The notes under the pieces: generated by a model
Told to the model about the DNA's origin: nothing
What the model saw: the letters and a program-made list of their open reading frames with translations, nothing else
The model's database searches: none
Translations under genes and position numbers: made by a program
DNA from: an uncultured Chloroflexia bacterium
GTDB taxonomy: Bacteria; Chloroflexota; Limnocylindria; QHBO01
Length of the DNA stretch: 64,000 nucleotides
Assembly: GCA_963827475.1 (NCBI GenBank)
Contig: CAWHAZ010000005.1
Span: forward strand, 544,001-608,000
Reading direction: 5' to 3'
Part shown: in pieces, positions 54,161 to 64,000 of the stretch
Numbering within the stretch: position 1 is the first letter of the stretch
How the letters are laid out: every line of letters begins with the position of its first letter

Positions 54161-54977
54161 CGAGCTTGGCGCCGAGCCGACGGCGGGCGATGACCATCGC
54201 CACCGAGCCGAAGACGGCCAGGTACGCGACGTGGGCCAGGATCGTCACGTCCACGACCCCGGTGGTCAGGCCGCGGAGGAGCTCGACGCAGTGGTACAGC
54301 GGGGTGAGCTGGACGAGGAACTGCAGCCAGTCGGGGTAGATGTCGATCGGGAAGAACGTGCCGCTGAACAGGAACATCGGCATGATCACCAGCCCGAACG
54401 GCAGGTCGAAGTCCTGCACGGTTCGGAGGTACGTCGTGGTGGCCAGCCCCGCGGCGCAGAACGCGAGCGAGCAGAACAGGGTTGCCGGCAGGGCCAGCAC
54501 GGCCCACGGGCTGATGAGGAGGCCCATGACCAGCATCACGCCGATGAACGCGACGGCGTAGATCGTGGCCCGGATCATCGCCCACATCAGCTCACCCAGG
54601 GCGATATCGCCCACACCGAGCGGTGTGGCCAGCACCGCGTCGTAGACCTTCTCGAAGTTCAGCTTGAAGAAGACGTTGAAGATCGTCTCGCTGATGGCGC
54701 CGTTCATCGTCGACTGGGCGAGGAGCCCCGGCGCCACGAACGCGGCGTAGGCCACCACCCGGCCGTCGGTCAGGGTGACGTCCCCGACGATCGTGCCCAG
54801 CCCGTACCCGATCCCGAGCAGGTAGAACAGCGGCTCGAAGAAGCCGCTGAAGATGACGATCCAGCTGTGGCGGTAGACCAGCATGTTCCGCTGCACGAGG
54901 CGCCGGGCCCGGAGGAATGAGCCGATGACCGCCGGCACGGGCCGCGGTGCGGGAGTCGGACGGACGATGACCGCCAT
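54153..54977 (-). CDS. ABC-2 permease (NodJ-like)
   Basis: FFEPLFYL, FLFSGTFFP, PLYH. Confidence 0.9.
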   Translation of the reverse strand: MAVIVRPTPAPRPVPAVIGSFLRARRLVQRNMLVYRHSWIVIFSGFFEPLFYLLGIGYGLGTIVGDVTLTDGRVVAYAAFVAPGLLAQSTMNGAISETIFNVFFKLNFEKVYDAVLATPLGVGDIALGELMWAMIRATIYAVAFIGVMLVMGLLISPWAVLALPATLFCSLAFCAAGLATTTYLRTVQDFDLPFGLVIMPMFLFSGTFFPIDIYPDWLQFLVQLTPLYHCVELLRGLTTGVVDVTILAHVAYLAVFGSVAMVIARRRLGAKLVK

Positions 54978-54987
54978 GCCTACCGCC

Positions 54988-55755
54988 TCACTTCACCAGG
55001 CGCCGGCTGAGGAACCGATGGGCGAGGTACGTGGCGACCGCCAGGAACCCGAGCAGGTAGGCCACGTGGATCGGCCAGTTCGCCAGCTCGGCGGTCTGGA
55101 GCATGAGGCCGCGGATGAGCGCCACACCGTGGTACAGCGGGGTCAGGGCGGCGACGAACTCGATGGCGTCCGGAAGGCTGGACACCGGGAAGAACGTGCC
55201 GCTGAACAGGAACAGCGGGTTGATGACGAAGCGGAACAGGGCCGCGAAGCCGCCGTCGTTCTTCTGGGTGGCGGTGAAGGCCATGATCGCGGTGAAGAAC
55301 CCGAGGCCGGTGAGCACCGCGGCCGGCCAGGCGAGGATGGCGAGCGGCGAGGTGGGGATCCCGAACAGGGTCAGGACGGTCAGGAATGCGAACGAGATGG
55401 TCGTCAGCCGGAACGCCATCCAGCCCATCTCCCCGAAGACCAGGTCGCGAACCGACAGCGGCGCGGCCAGCATGGCCTCGTAGTTCCGGCGCCAGCTGAT
55501 CTTGCCCATGATCGGGAACGTGGCCTCGAACGAGGCGGTCTGCATGCAGGTCGCGGCCAGCAGGCCGGGGCCGAGGAACTGGAGGTAGGAGACCCCGCCC
55601 AGCGCGCTCTCGTCCTGGGCGGCGATGAAGCTGCCCAGCCCCACGCCCAGGGCGCCGAGGTACAGCAGCGGGTTCAGGAACGACCCGAAGACGCTCCCAC
55701 GCCACGTGCGGCGATAGACCCACAGGTTGCGCTGGGTGACGCGAAGGGCGGTCAT
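54988..55755 (-). CDS. ABC-2 permease (NodJ-like)
   Basis: YLQFLGPG, LFSGTFFP, PLYHG. Confidence 0.9.
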   Translation of the reverse strand: MTALRVTQRNLWVYRRTWRGSVFGSFLNPLLYLGALGVGLGSFIAAQDESALGGVSYLQFLGPGLLAATCMQTASFEATFPIMGKISWRRNYEAMLAAPLSVRDLVFGEMGWMAFRLTTISFAFLTVLTLFGIPTSPLAILAWPAAVLTGLGFFTAIMAFTATQKNDGGFAALFRFVINPLFLFSGTFFPVSSLPDAIEFVAALTPLYHGVALIRGLMLQTAELANWPIHVAYLLGFLAVATYLAHRFLSRRLVK

Positions 55756-55774
55756 GCGGCGAGATCCGGGCCGC

Positions 55775-56710
55775 TCATTCGATCAGCGTGCGGCCCGTGA
55801 GACGCAGGAACACGTCCTCCAGCGTGGAGCGTCGGACGAGAGCAGATTCGATCGGGATCTCGCGGGCGTGAACACCCTCGAGCGCCTGCTCGCCATCGGC
55901 GGCGTAGAGGAGGATCCGGTCGGGCAGCTCCTCGACCCGGTCCGCGAGGTCGTCCAGGCGTCCGTTCAGCGTCCCACGGACGGCATCGGTCAGGCGCAGC
56001 TCCAGGACCTCGCGGGTGCTGTACTGCTCGATGAGCTCGCGCGGCGAGCCGGCGGCCACGATCTTGGCGTGGTCCATGACCACCAGCCGGTCACAGAGCT
56101 GCTCGGCCTCGTCCATGTAGTGGGTGGTGATCACCAGGGTCACCCCGCGGCTCTTGAGCCGATACAGCCGGTCCCAGACAAGATGGCGGGCCTGGGGATC
56201 GAGGCCGGTCGTCGGTTCGTCCAGCAGGATGAGGTCCGGCTCGTTGATGAGCGCCCGCGCGATCGTCAGCCGCCGCTTCATGCCGCCGGACAGGGGATCG
56301 ACCTGGTCCTTGGCCCGGTCGGTGAGCTGGACGAACTCGAGCAGCTCCTCGGCCCGGGCGCGGGCCACGGGCCCGGGGATGTCGAAGTAGCGGGCGTACA
56401 TCAGGAGGTTTTCCATGACGGTCAGCTCGACGTCGAGGTTCCCATCCTGGGGCACGACTCCGATCCGGGACTTGATCCGCGTCCCGTCTCGGCTCGGATC
56501 CATGCCCACCACGGTCAGCGTCCCGTCGGTGACGGGGCTGATGCAGGCGATCATCCGCATGGTCGAGGTCTTGCCCGCCCCATTCGGACCGAGGAAGCCG
56601 AACGCTTCGCCGACGTGGACGTCGAAGTCGACGCCGTCGACCGCGGTCAGCTCGCCGAACCGCTTGGTCAGGCCGCGGGCATGGATGAGGACATCGCTCT
56701 GGACGGTCAT
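55775..56710 (-). CDS. ABC ATP-binding protein (NodI-like)
   Basis: GPNGAGKTS, LSGGMKRRL, LDEPTTGLDPQARH. Confidence 0.93.
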   Translation of the reverse strand: MTVQSDVLIHARGLTKRFGELTAVDGVDFDVHVGEAFGFLGPNGAGKTSTMRMIACISPVTDGTLTVVGMDPSRDGTRIKSRIGVVPQDGNLDVELTVMENLLMYARYFDIPGPVARARAEELLEFVQLTDRAKDQVDPLSGGMKRRLTIARALINEPDLILLDEPTTGLDPQARHLVWDRLYRLKSRGVTLVITTHYMDEAEQLCDRLVVMDHAKIVAAGSPRELIEQYSTREVLELRLTDAVRGTLNGRLDDLADRVEELPDRILLYAADGEQALEGVHAREIPIESALVRRSTLEDVFLRLTGRTLIE

Positions 56711-56797
56711 GGGGACCGCGATTGTACCGAGGCCTCCCGGCAGGTCACGCTGAGCCTCCGCGCACGCGCGTTGAACATGACCGTCCACAATGGGCCC

Positions 56798-57964
56798 GTG
56801 GCGGAGACTGCGGAGGTCATCATCATCGGCGCCGGGATCCACGGCGCCAGCCTCGCCTTCCACCTGGCCGAGCGCGGCGTGCCCCCGCTCGTGGTGGAGA
56901 AGGGATCCGTCGCGTCGGGTGCCACCGGTCGGTCGAGCGGCATGGTCCGGATGCACTACGACCTCGAGGCCGACGCCCGCCTCGCGTGGCGGAGCCTCGC
57001 CTACTTCACCGCGTGGGAGGAGCGGATCGGCGGCGACTGCGGGTTCAACAACGTCGGCTTCCTGCAGATGGTCGGGCCGCACGAGCTGGCTGCCCTGGAG
57101 GCGAACGTGGCGATGCAGCAGCGGATCGGGATCGCGACCGAGGTCGTGGACGCCGCCGAGGTCCGCCGCGTGCTTCCCGGTGTGGAGATCGGGGACGACG
57201 AGGTGGCGGCCTTCGAGCCGCGCTCCGGGTACGCCGACCCGGCTTCCTCGGCGGGATCACTCATGAGCGCAGCCATGCGCATGGGCGCGCGCCTCGTCCA
57301 GCACGCGCCGGTGACCGGGGTCCGGGTCGAGGGCGACCGGGTGGTGGGCGTCCGCACCGAGCAGGGGGACTTCGACGCGCCGGTGGTGGTCGATGCCGCG
57401 GGAGCGTGGGCGGGCAGGGTGGCGGCCAGCGTCGGCCTTGATATCCCAGTGGACGTGTGGCGCCACGACGTCGCCTACGTCTGGCGGCCGCCGGACCTGC
57501 CGCGCCACGTCGGCTTCATCGATTTCGCCAACCTGTTCTACAGCCGCCCGGAGGGGGAGTCGCTGACCCTGATCGCGCTCGAGGACGGCAACCCGCTGCA
57601 GGGAGATCCGGACGCGCCGGTCGACGCGGCCGCGCGAGGGTTCCTGGAGCGCGCCGCGGAGCGCATCGTTCGCCGCCTGCCGCAGTTCGGCCGGGCCGGG
57701 GTGCACTCCGCGCACAGCGGCCAGGACGGGATCACGCCCGACCAGCACCCGATCATCGGTCCGGCCGGGCCGGAGGGTTTCTGGCTCGACTGCGGCTACT
57801 CGGGGACCGGGTTCAAGATCGCGCCGGCCGTGGGCGAGAGCCTGGCCCAGCTCATCGTCGAGGGCCCGGCCGCCAACGACGACCTGGCGATCTACCGATT
57901 CGAGCGCTTCGCCGAGGGGAGTCTCATCGCCGGGGAGCACTCGTACGGCGACATCTGGCGCTGA
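56798..57964 (+). CDS. FAD-dependent oxidoreductase (DAO / sarcosine oxidase beta-like)
   Basis: IIGAGIHG, GATGRSSG, TPDQHPIIG, SGTGFK.APAVG. Confidence 0.9.
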   Translation: MAETAEVIIIGAGIHGASLAFHLAERGVPPLVVEKGSVASGATGRSSGMVRMHYDLEADARLAWRSLAYFTAWEERIGGDCGFNNVGFLQMVGPHELAALEANVAMQQRIGIATEVVDAAEVRRVLPGVEIGDDEVAAFEPRSGYADPASSAGSLMSAAMRMGARLVQHAPVTGVRVEGDRVVGVRTEQGDFDAPVVVDAAGAWAGRVAASVGLDIPVDVWRHDVAYVWRPPDLPRHVGFIDFANLFYSRPEGESLTLIALEDGNPLQGDPDAPVDAAARGFLERAAERIVRRLPQFGRAGVHSAHSGQDGITPDQHPIIGPAGPEGFWLDCGYSGTGFKIAPAVGESLAQLIVEGPAANDDLAIYRFERFAEGSLIAGEHSYGDIWR

Positions 57965-58004
57965 CGACGCCAGCGAGCGGATACGCCTCCGCGCCGGATA
58001 GGCC

Positions 58005-58706
58005 TCAGGCCTCCCAGGTCTCGCCCGGCTCGAGGGCCACGACCTCGGCATCGGTCGCCTCCGCCAGCTCGGTCGGGGTGCCGGTCAGGATCGGGAAGGT
58101 GCCGTAGTGGACCGGGATGACGGTCCGAGCGCCGATCAGCGCGACCGCCCGCGCGGCATCGGCCGGGCCCATCGTGTAGTGGCCGCCGATCGGGAGCACG
58201 GCGATCGTCGGCGACCAGCGCTCGCGGACGAGGGCCATGTCGCCGAACAGGTCGGTGTCGCCGGTGTGGTAGACGCTGGTGCCGTCCTCGAATCGGAGGA
58301 CCCAGCCCCAGCAGCCGACCTCGCGGGTCGTCGGGCCGCCGCCGGTGAGGGTCACCGCCCCGGTGTGCTCGGCGTGGACCATGGTGAAGCCGATCCCCGC
58401 CGCCTCGAACGTCCCGCCCTTGTTCATGCCCACCGCCTCGACCCCCTTCTCGCCGAGGTACAGGCTCATCTCGTGGGACCCGACCACCGTTCCGCCCCGA
58501 CCGGCGAGATCCACGACATCGACCGCGTCGTCGCCGACGTGGTCGAAGTGGCCGTGGGTGGGCGCCACGACGTCCACCTGCCACGGCTCCGGCGGCGCGA
58601 CGTAGGTCGGCGCGCCGCTCCATCGGTCGACCCATACCCACTTGTCGCCTGGGGACTGGTACAGGACGCCCCCGTGGCCCAGCCGGGTGATGCGTAGTCG
58701 GGACAT
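58005..58706 (-). CDS. metal-dependent hydrolase, MBL fold (UPF0173-like)
   Basis: THGHFDH, HTGDTDLF.DM, PIGGHYTM, PVHYGTFP. Confidence 0.9.
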   Translation of the reverse strand: MSRLRITRLGHGGVLYQSPGDKWVWVDRWSGAPTYVAPPEPWQVDVVAPTHGHFDHVGDDAVDVVDLAGRGGTVVGSHEMSLYLGEKGVEAVGMNKGGTFEAAGIGFTMVHAEHTGAVTLTGGGPTTREVGCWGWVLRFEDGTSVYHTGDTDLFGDMALVRERWSPTIAVLPIGGHYTMGPADAARAVALIGARTVIPVHYGTFPILTGTPTELAEATDAEVVALEPGETWEA

Positions 58707-58719
58707 CGGTGTCCTCCGT

Positions 58720-59418
58720 TCAGCCGGGAATGATGAGCCGGCCGGCGGCCGCGAGGCGCTCCAGCCAGGCGGCCTCGGCCCCGAGGGTCGTCTCCGGGCC
58801 GTGGCCGGGCAGGACGCGGGTCTCGGGCGGGATCTCGTGGAGCAGGCGGGTCAGCGAGGCCACCATCTGGTCGTCGTTCCCACCGGACAGGTCGGTCCGG
58901 CCGTACGAGCCGCGGAACAGGACGTCGCCGCTCAGCAGCAGGCCGCGGTCGGCCTCGTACAGGCAGACCGATCCCTCCGAATGGCCGGGCGTGTGCAGGA
59001 CCCGGAACCGCAGCTGACCGATGGCCAGGCTCTCACCCTCCAGCAGCTCCTGGTCGGCGACGCTCGGTTCGACATGAAGGCCGTAGATGTTGTCGCCGCT
59101 GAGCCGATAGGCGTCGTCCGGATGGATGGCCAGCGGAGCGCCGCTGGAACGCTTGATGGCCGCGTTGTCGAAGATGTGGTCGATGTGCCCGTGGCTGTTG
59201 GCCACGAGGTGGATCCTCAGGCCGAGCTCCGCCGCTCCGGCCGCGAGCGCGTCCGCCGCGCCCATGCCGGGATCCAGGACCAGCGCGTCGTCCGAGGTGC
59301 CGTCCCACACGAGGTACGCATTGGTCAGCCACGGGCCGAAGGCCCCGACCTGGATCCCGACCGCGTGTCCGGGCTCCGCCGCGGCGCGGTTGCGCTGGAT
59401 GACGGTCTCGTCGGTCAC
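58720..59418 (-). CDS. MBL-fold metallohydrolase (YcbL/glyoxalase II-like)
   Basis: SHGHIDH, TPGHSEG, SGDVLF, GRTDL, PGHG. Confidence 0.9.
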   Translation of the reverse strand: MTDETVIQRNRAAAEPGHAVGIQVGAFGPWLTNAYLVWDGTSDDALVLDPGMGAADALAAGAAELGLRIHLVANSHGHIDHIFDNAAIKRSSGAPLAIHPDDAYRLSGDNIYGLHVEPSVADQELLEGESLAIGQLRFRVLHTPGHSEGSVCLYEADRGLLLSGDVLFRGSYGRTDLSGGNDDQMVASLTRLLHEIPPETRVLPGHGPETTLGAEAAWLERLAAAGRLIIPG

Positions 59419-60182
59419 GCGTCGGGGGCGAGCCGCAGCCCGAAGGCCGTGGCCAGGGCGGCGGCGAGCACGTCGCCGACATCGGTCAGCGGCAGGGAGC
59501 GACCGGTCTCCCGTTCCAGGCTCGTCACCTCGCAGCCGGGGATGCCGCACGGGACCATCTCGGCGAACCACGACAGGTCGGTGCTGACGTTGAGCGCGAG
59601 GCCGTGGGTCGTCACCCCGCGCCGGACCCGGACGCCGACGGCCGCCAGCTTGCGCTCGCCGTCGACCCAGACGCCGGGCAGCCCCTCGCGCCGATCGGCG
59701 GGGACGCCGAACGCGGCGGCGGTGCCGATCACGGCGGCCTCCAGGGCGCGCACGTAGCGGCGCAGGTCGAGCGGGTCGGCCAGCTCGACGATCGGGTAGG
59801 CGACCAGCTGACCCGGGCCGTGGAAGGTGATGTCCCCGCCGCGGTCGATGCGGACCAGCTCGGCGCCAAGGGCTTGGAGCCGTTCCGGCGTCGCCAGCAG
59901 GTTGCCTTCGTCCCCACCCCGACCGATGGTGTAGACCGGGTCGTGCTCGAGGAGCAGCAGCCGGTCGCCGATCTCGCGCCGCCGCCGCCGGTCGGCAAGC
60001 TCGTTCTGGAGCTCCCAGGTCGGTCGATACGGGACGCGGCCGAGCCACTCGACGGCGAGCACCCCGCCGTTGCCGAGCAGGAGCGGGCGGGACGAGTCGA
60101 CCTCCCGGGTGCGAAGACCGGCCGGACGTTGGGCATCGGGTCCGGGCTCGGGAGGACGGCTGATGTCGCGGAGCTGGACCAT
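59415..60182 (-). CDS. lipB: lipoyl(octanoyl) transferase
   Basis: LEHDPVYT.G, RGGDITFHGPGQLVAYP, HGLALN, PCG. Confidence 0.95.
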   Translation of the reverse strand: MVQLRDISRPPEPGPDAQRPAGLRTREVDSSRPLLLGNGGVLAVEWLGRVPYRPTWELQNELADRRRRREIGDRLLLLEHDPVYTIGRGGDEGNLLATPERLQALGAELVRIDRGGDITFHGPGQLVAYPIVELADPLDLRRYVRALEAAVIGTAAAFGVPADRREGLPGVWVDGERKLAAVGVRVRRGVTTHGLALNVSTDLSWFAEMVPCGIPGCEVTSLERETGRSLPLTDVGDVLAAALATAFGLRLAPDA

Positions 60183-60185
60183 CGG

Positions 60186-60720
60186 TCAGACGGTCGCCGT
60201 GCCGTGTCCCCCGCGAAGCCCCCGCAGGGCCTCGACCATGCCCAGGTGGCGGTTGGCGTGGGCGAGGTGCCGGGTGAGGGAGTCGGCGAGGGGCGCCTGC
60301 TTCCCGAGCAGGTCGTCGTGAAGCGCCAGCATCGCGTCGTCGTCGAGGGCGCCGACGGCCTGCTCGAGGTCGTTGTAGGCGCCTCGCAGGTACGTGGTCA
60401 GCTGGTCGCGCCGGGGAAACGGGAGGTCCGCGGCCTCGTCGTCGGGGAGCAGCATGCCGGTGTCCCCGGCCCCCAGCGCCCCGGCGAAGCCCCAACTGGC
60501 GGTCAGCCCTTCACGCAGCCACCGTTGCGGGGCGCCGCCGACGCGTCTCCGCCCAGCGGTCCGCCCATCGGGCGGTGTGCCACAGATGGAAGGCGATGGG
60601 CGGCGAGGTGGGGCCAGGGCGCCAGGTCAGGTCGTCATCCGTGCAGGCTTCCGCGGCGTCGAGCAGCTGGCGATGGGTGATGGCCAACCGCCCGGCCAGG
60701 ATCTCGAGGTGCTTCCGCAT
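60186..60720 (-). CDS. DinB family protein; frameshift(s) near 60500-60540
   Basis: PIAFHLWH.ARWAD in one frame and H..HANRHLG in another. Confidence 0.75.
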
Positions 60721-60728
60721 CGGTTCCT

Positions 60729-61776
60729 TCAGCCGACGGCAGCCAGGTCGCGGCCCGGAATCTGCTCGGCGGCGTGGTAGCTCGAGCGCACGAGCGGGCC
60801 GGACTGGACGTGGGCGAACCCCATCTCGAGGCCGATCCGGCGCAGCGCCATGAACTCGGCGGGGGTGTAGTACTTCGCCAGCGGCAGATGACTGCGGCTC
60901 GGGCGCAGGTACTGGCCGATGGTCAGCACGTCGATCTCCGCTTCGCGGAGCAGGCCCATGGCGTCCACGAGCTCATCCCAGGTCTCGCCCAGGCCGACCA
61001 TCAGACCGGTCTTGGTCGTCATCGGATGACCGATGTCGGCCGCCAGCCGGCGGCCGGCGCGGAGAACCTCCACGCTGCGGTCCCACCGGGCGCGTCGGCG
61101 GACCGGACGCTGGAGCCGCGGGACGGTCTCGACGTTGTGGTTGAGGATCTCCGGCTGCGACTCGACCACGGTCCGGATGTCGCGCTCGCGACCGTTCAGG
61201 TCGCTGATGAGGACCTCGATGCTTGTCCCCGGGCTGGCCGAGACGGATCTGGCGCACGGTGTCCGCCACCACCGCCGCGCCGCCGTCGGGCAGGTCGTCG
61301 CGGGCGACCATGGTCACCACCGCGTGCTTCAGTCCCATCCGCTTTGCCGCATCGGCGACGCGGCGCGGCTCGTCGAGATCGGTCTCCGGCGGGCGCCCGG
61401 TCTGGATGGCGCAGAAGCCGCAGTTCCGGGTGCAGACGCTGCCGAGGACCATGAACGTGGCGGTGCCCAGGGTCCAGCACTCCCCCTGGTTCGGGCAGCG
61501 GGCCTCCTCGCAGACGGTGTGCAGCGCCTCGTCGCGCATCAGCCGCCGCAGCCCCGCGTACGTCTCGCCGGCACCGATGCGGACCTTGAGCCACTCCGGC
61601 CGTCTCCCGCCCGGTCCGGCGTTCTCGGGGATCGGCTCACCCGGCCCGGGCAGGCCGCTGTCGACGTCGGGTCCTCCGGGGTACATCACCGCCGACGGTC
61701 CGTGGTGGCCGTCCGGGGAGTCGGACGTGGGCCCGACGACCGACAGCTCACCCAGGGTCGAGAAATCTCGAGGCAT
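60729..61776 (-). CDS. lipA: lipoyl synthase; frameshift near 61225
   Basis: [37 protein letters not shown]. Confidence 0.95.
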
Positions 61777-61816
61777 CGATCCGAAGTCTAGCGAAGGCCG
61801 CGACTACACTCGAAAC

Positions 61817-62555
61817 GTGCCCGTCCACCTGCCCACTGCCGTGGCGGAGATCGAGACCGCGATCCGTGCCACGGGCACGCCGGAGCGTGCGATCCAGGAA
61901 AAGCGGTACCTCAAGAGCGATCTGACCTTCCTGGGCGCGACGGTGTGGCAGACGCGCGCCGTGGTGAAGGCCTTTGCCAAGGGGCATCCGCTCGACCGCA
62001 ACACGCTCGTCGGGCTCGTCGAGACGTTGTGGGATGCGCCGATCTTCGAGCTGAGGATGGCCGCGGTCCAGCTGCTGGAGCTCCATCCGAAGCTGCTCGG
62101 CGCGGCCGATCTGCCACTGCTCGAGCGGCTCGTGCGCCAGTCGCGGACGTGGGCGCTGGTCGACGGCCTGGCCGGCGACGTGGTCGGCGGCATCCGCCTC
62201 GCGGATCCATCGGTCAAACCCGTTCTCGACCGATGGGCTGGCGATCCCGACTTCTGGATCCGCCGCGCGTCGCTCCTGGCCGAGCTGAAGCCGCTCCGCG
62301 CGGGCGCGGAGCTCGAGCCCTTCCTGGCCCGGGCGGACCGCATGCTCGACGAGCGTGAGTTCTTCATCCGGAAGGCCATCGGCTGGGTCCTGCGCGAGGT
62401 GAGCAAGAAGCGCCCGGACGAGGTCGCGGCCTGGCTCGGCCCCCGAACCGGGCGAGCGTCCGGCGTCACGATGCGCGAGGCGGTCCGCTACCTGCCCGAA
62501 CCGGACCGCGAGCGGCTGATGGCCGCCTACCGGGAGCGCCGCGTCCGCGAGCTAG
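61817..62555 (+). CDS. DNA alkylation repair protein (AlkD-like HEAT repeat); 3' end uncertain
   Basis: TWALVDGLA, DFWIRRAS, EFFIRKAIGWVLRE; the tracked frame runs to 62776 over the next gene, so the out-of-frame TAG at 62553-62555 is more plausible. Confidence 0.85.
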
Positions 62556-62691
62556 GCGCGAATCGCCATCCAAAGTACCGGGGCGGTCCTGGTGGTCCAT
62601 GGTGCCCGCCGTCAACGGTCGAGAGGGTCTGTGCGCGGGATGACCGATTCTCCTATCGATCTGCCCGTGACCCTTGGGTAGGGTCCGGCCC

Positions 62692-64000
62692 ATGCCGCAA
62701 CCGCGCACGCCCGGCGCGCGATCCGCTCGATCGCGCCGGCCGGTCCTGCTCGCGCTCGTCTTTGGCATCTTCCTGATGCTCATCGGGGTGACCGCCACCG
62801 CGCTGGTCGCGGTCACCGCCATGCACCTGTCGAGCGCCACCCTGCAGGCCGTCGTGGACCGCGACCGGGCGCTGGTCGAGCTGTTCGTGAACGGCAACGT
62901 CACCGCCGCCGACATCGACGAGAACGGCCCGACCCGCGCCTCGGCCGAGGCGCTGGAGGCCAGGCTCGCCACCCTCACCGACCAGGACGAGATTCTCCGG
63001 ATCGATATCCGCGCCCTGGACGGCACGGTCCTCGCCAGCTCGACGCCCGGACTGCGCGGCACGACGCTGGCTCCTTCCGGCGCGATGGAGACCGCGATGG
63101 AAGGTCGGCCGTCGGTCAGCCTGGTGGACGCCACGGCCGTCACGGACGTGGGCGAGGTCGCGCTCGGGACGGACCAGGTCGTCCAGGAATACCTGCCACT
63201 CCTGTCCGACGACCGGGAGCCCCTGGCCGTGGTCGCCGTCTGGCGGGACGCCGCGCCGCTCCTCGCCGCGGTGGATGCCGCCCGCCGCGACATCGTCATC
63301 GTGACCCTGGCCGCGGCCGTCCTCCTGGCGGTGATCCTTCTCGGTGTCTTCTGGGCGGCGCAGAAGCGGATCCTCCGCCAGCAGGCCGAGCTGGTCGAGG
63401 CCGAGCGCCGCGACTCGCTGACCAACCTCCTCAACCACGGCGCGGTGGTGACGATCCTCGCCGACGCGGTGGAGTCGGCGCGGGCCAAGGGTCGCCGCTT
63501 CGGGCTGGCATTGGTCGACATCGACAACTTCCGGCTGTTCAACGACACCCACGGCCACGACGCGGCCGACCAGGTGCTGCTCCGCGTCGCGGACTGGCTC
63601 CAGCGCGAGGACGGCGAGGGCAAGGCCGTCGCCCGGTACGGCCCGGACGAGTTCCTGCTCGTCCTGCCCGGCGCCGGCCGCGCCGAGATGGAGGCCGCGG
63701 TCGCCCGCGTCCGCGCCGGGCTCTCCGGGGTGAGCGTCCAGTTCGGCGAGTCCGAGCAGCTGCCGGTCACGGTCAGCGCCGGCATCTGCCTGTATCCCGA
63801 TCACGCGGACTCGGTGACCGAGCTGCTGTCCGCGGTCACCGTGGCGGTGGGGGAGGCGAAGGCCAGCGGCGGCGACGCGGTGTGCGTCGCCCAGATGGGC
63901 GACGAGCGCCAGAAGGCGGTGACCGGCAGCTTCGACGTCCTCCAGGGCCTGGTCATCGCCGTCGACTCCAAGGACCGCTACACGAAGCGCCACTCGGAGG
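62692..64000 (+). CDS. membrane sensor diguanylate cyclase / HD-GYP protein (3' truncated by window edge)
   Basis: two TM helices, RDSLTNLLNH, DIDNFRLFNDTHGH, ARYGPDEF, then DSKDRYTKRHSE; absent from the ORF track because no stop falls in the window. Confidence 0.9.
   Translation, partial: MPQPRTPGARSARSRRPVLLALVFGIFLMLIGVTATALVAVTAMHLSSATLQAVVDRDRALVELFVNGNVTAADIDENGPTRASAEALEARLATLTDQDEILRIDIRALDGTVLASSTPGLRGTTLAPSGAMETAMEGRPSVSLVDATAVTDVGEVALGTDQVVQEYLPLLSDDREPLAVVAVWRDAAPLLAAVDAARRDIVIVTLAAAVLLAVILLGVFWAAQKRILRQQAELVEAERRDSLTNLLNHGAVVTILADAVESARAKGRRFGLALVDIDNFRLFNDTHGHDAADQVLLRVADWLQREDGEGKAVARYGPDEFLLVLPGAGRAEMEAAVARVRAGLSGVSVQFGESEQLPVTVSAGICLYPDHADSVTELLSAVTVAVGEAKASGGDAVCVAQMGDERQKAVTGSFDVLQGLVIAVDSKDRYTKRHSE

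Overview
A very GC-rich bacterial chromosomal segment (gene content suggests Chloroflexota; this is inference, not a placement) with about 60 mostly housekeeping genes. It holds PolX/PHP, a TPR protein next to a degenerate DNA methyltransferase-nuclease-like protein, a purine-nucleoside uptake/salvage cluster with two adenosine deaminases, PepA, a class A PBP, GlgC, PncB, several ABC/APC/MFS transporters, a DUF2089-DUF4097-SHOCT operon, AceE, PlsY/PgsA, LipA/LipB and a truncated GGDEF/HD-GYP gene. It also has two tRNAs, His(GTG) and the uncommon Arg(TCG). Roughly 18 genes carry apparent frameshifts, most likely assembly indels, so many coordinates are reconstructed by eye. The most notable observations are: (1) a 636-bp integrase-less single-gene islet bounded by tRNA-His and a 51-bp copy of its 3' half; (2) the TPR/HIRAN-like gene paired with an apparently catalytically degenerate MTase-REase fusion, followed by a promoter-linked hairpin that may be a small RNA; (3) the three-SHOCT operon with an unannotated 47-aa first ORF and a direct-repeat operator; (4) widespread leaderless transcription. 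All family calls come from motif recognition, without database searches.
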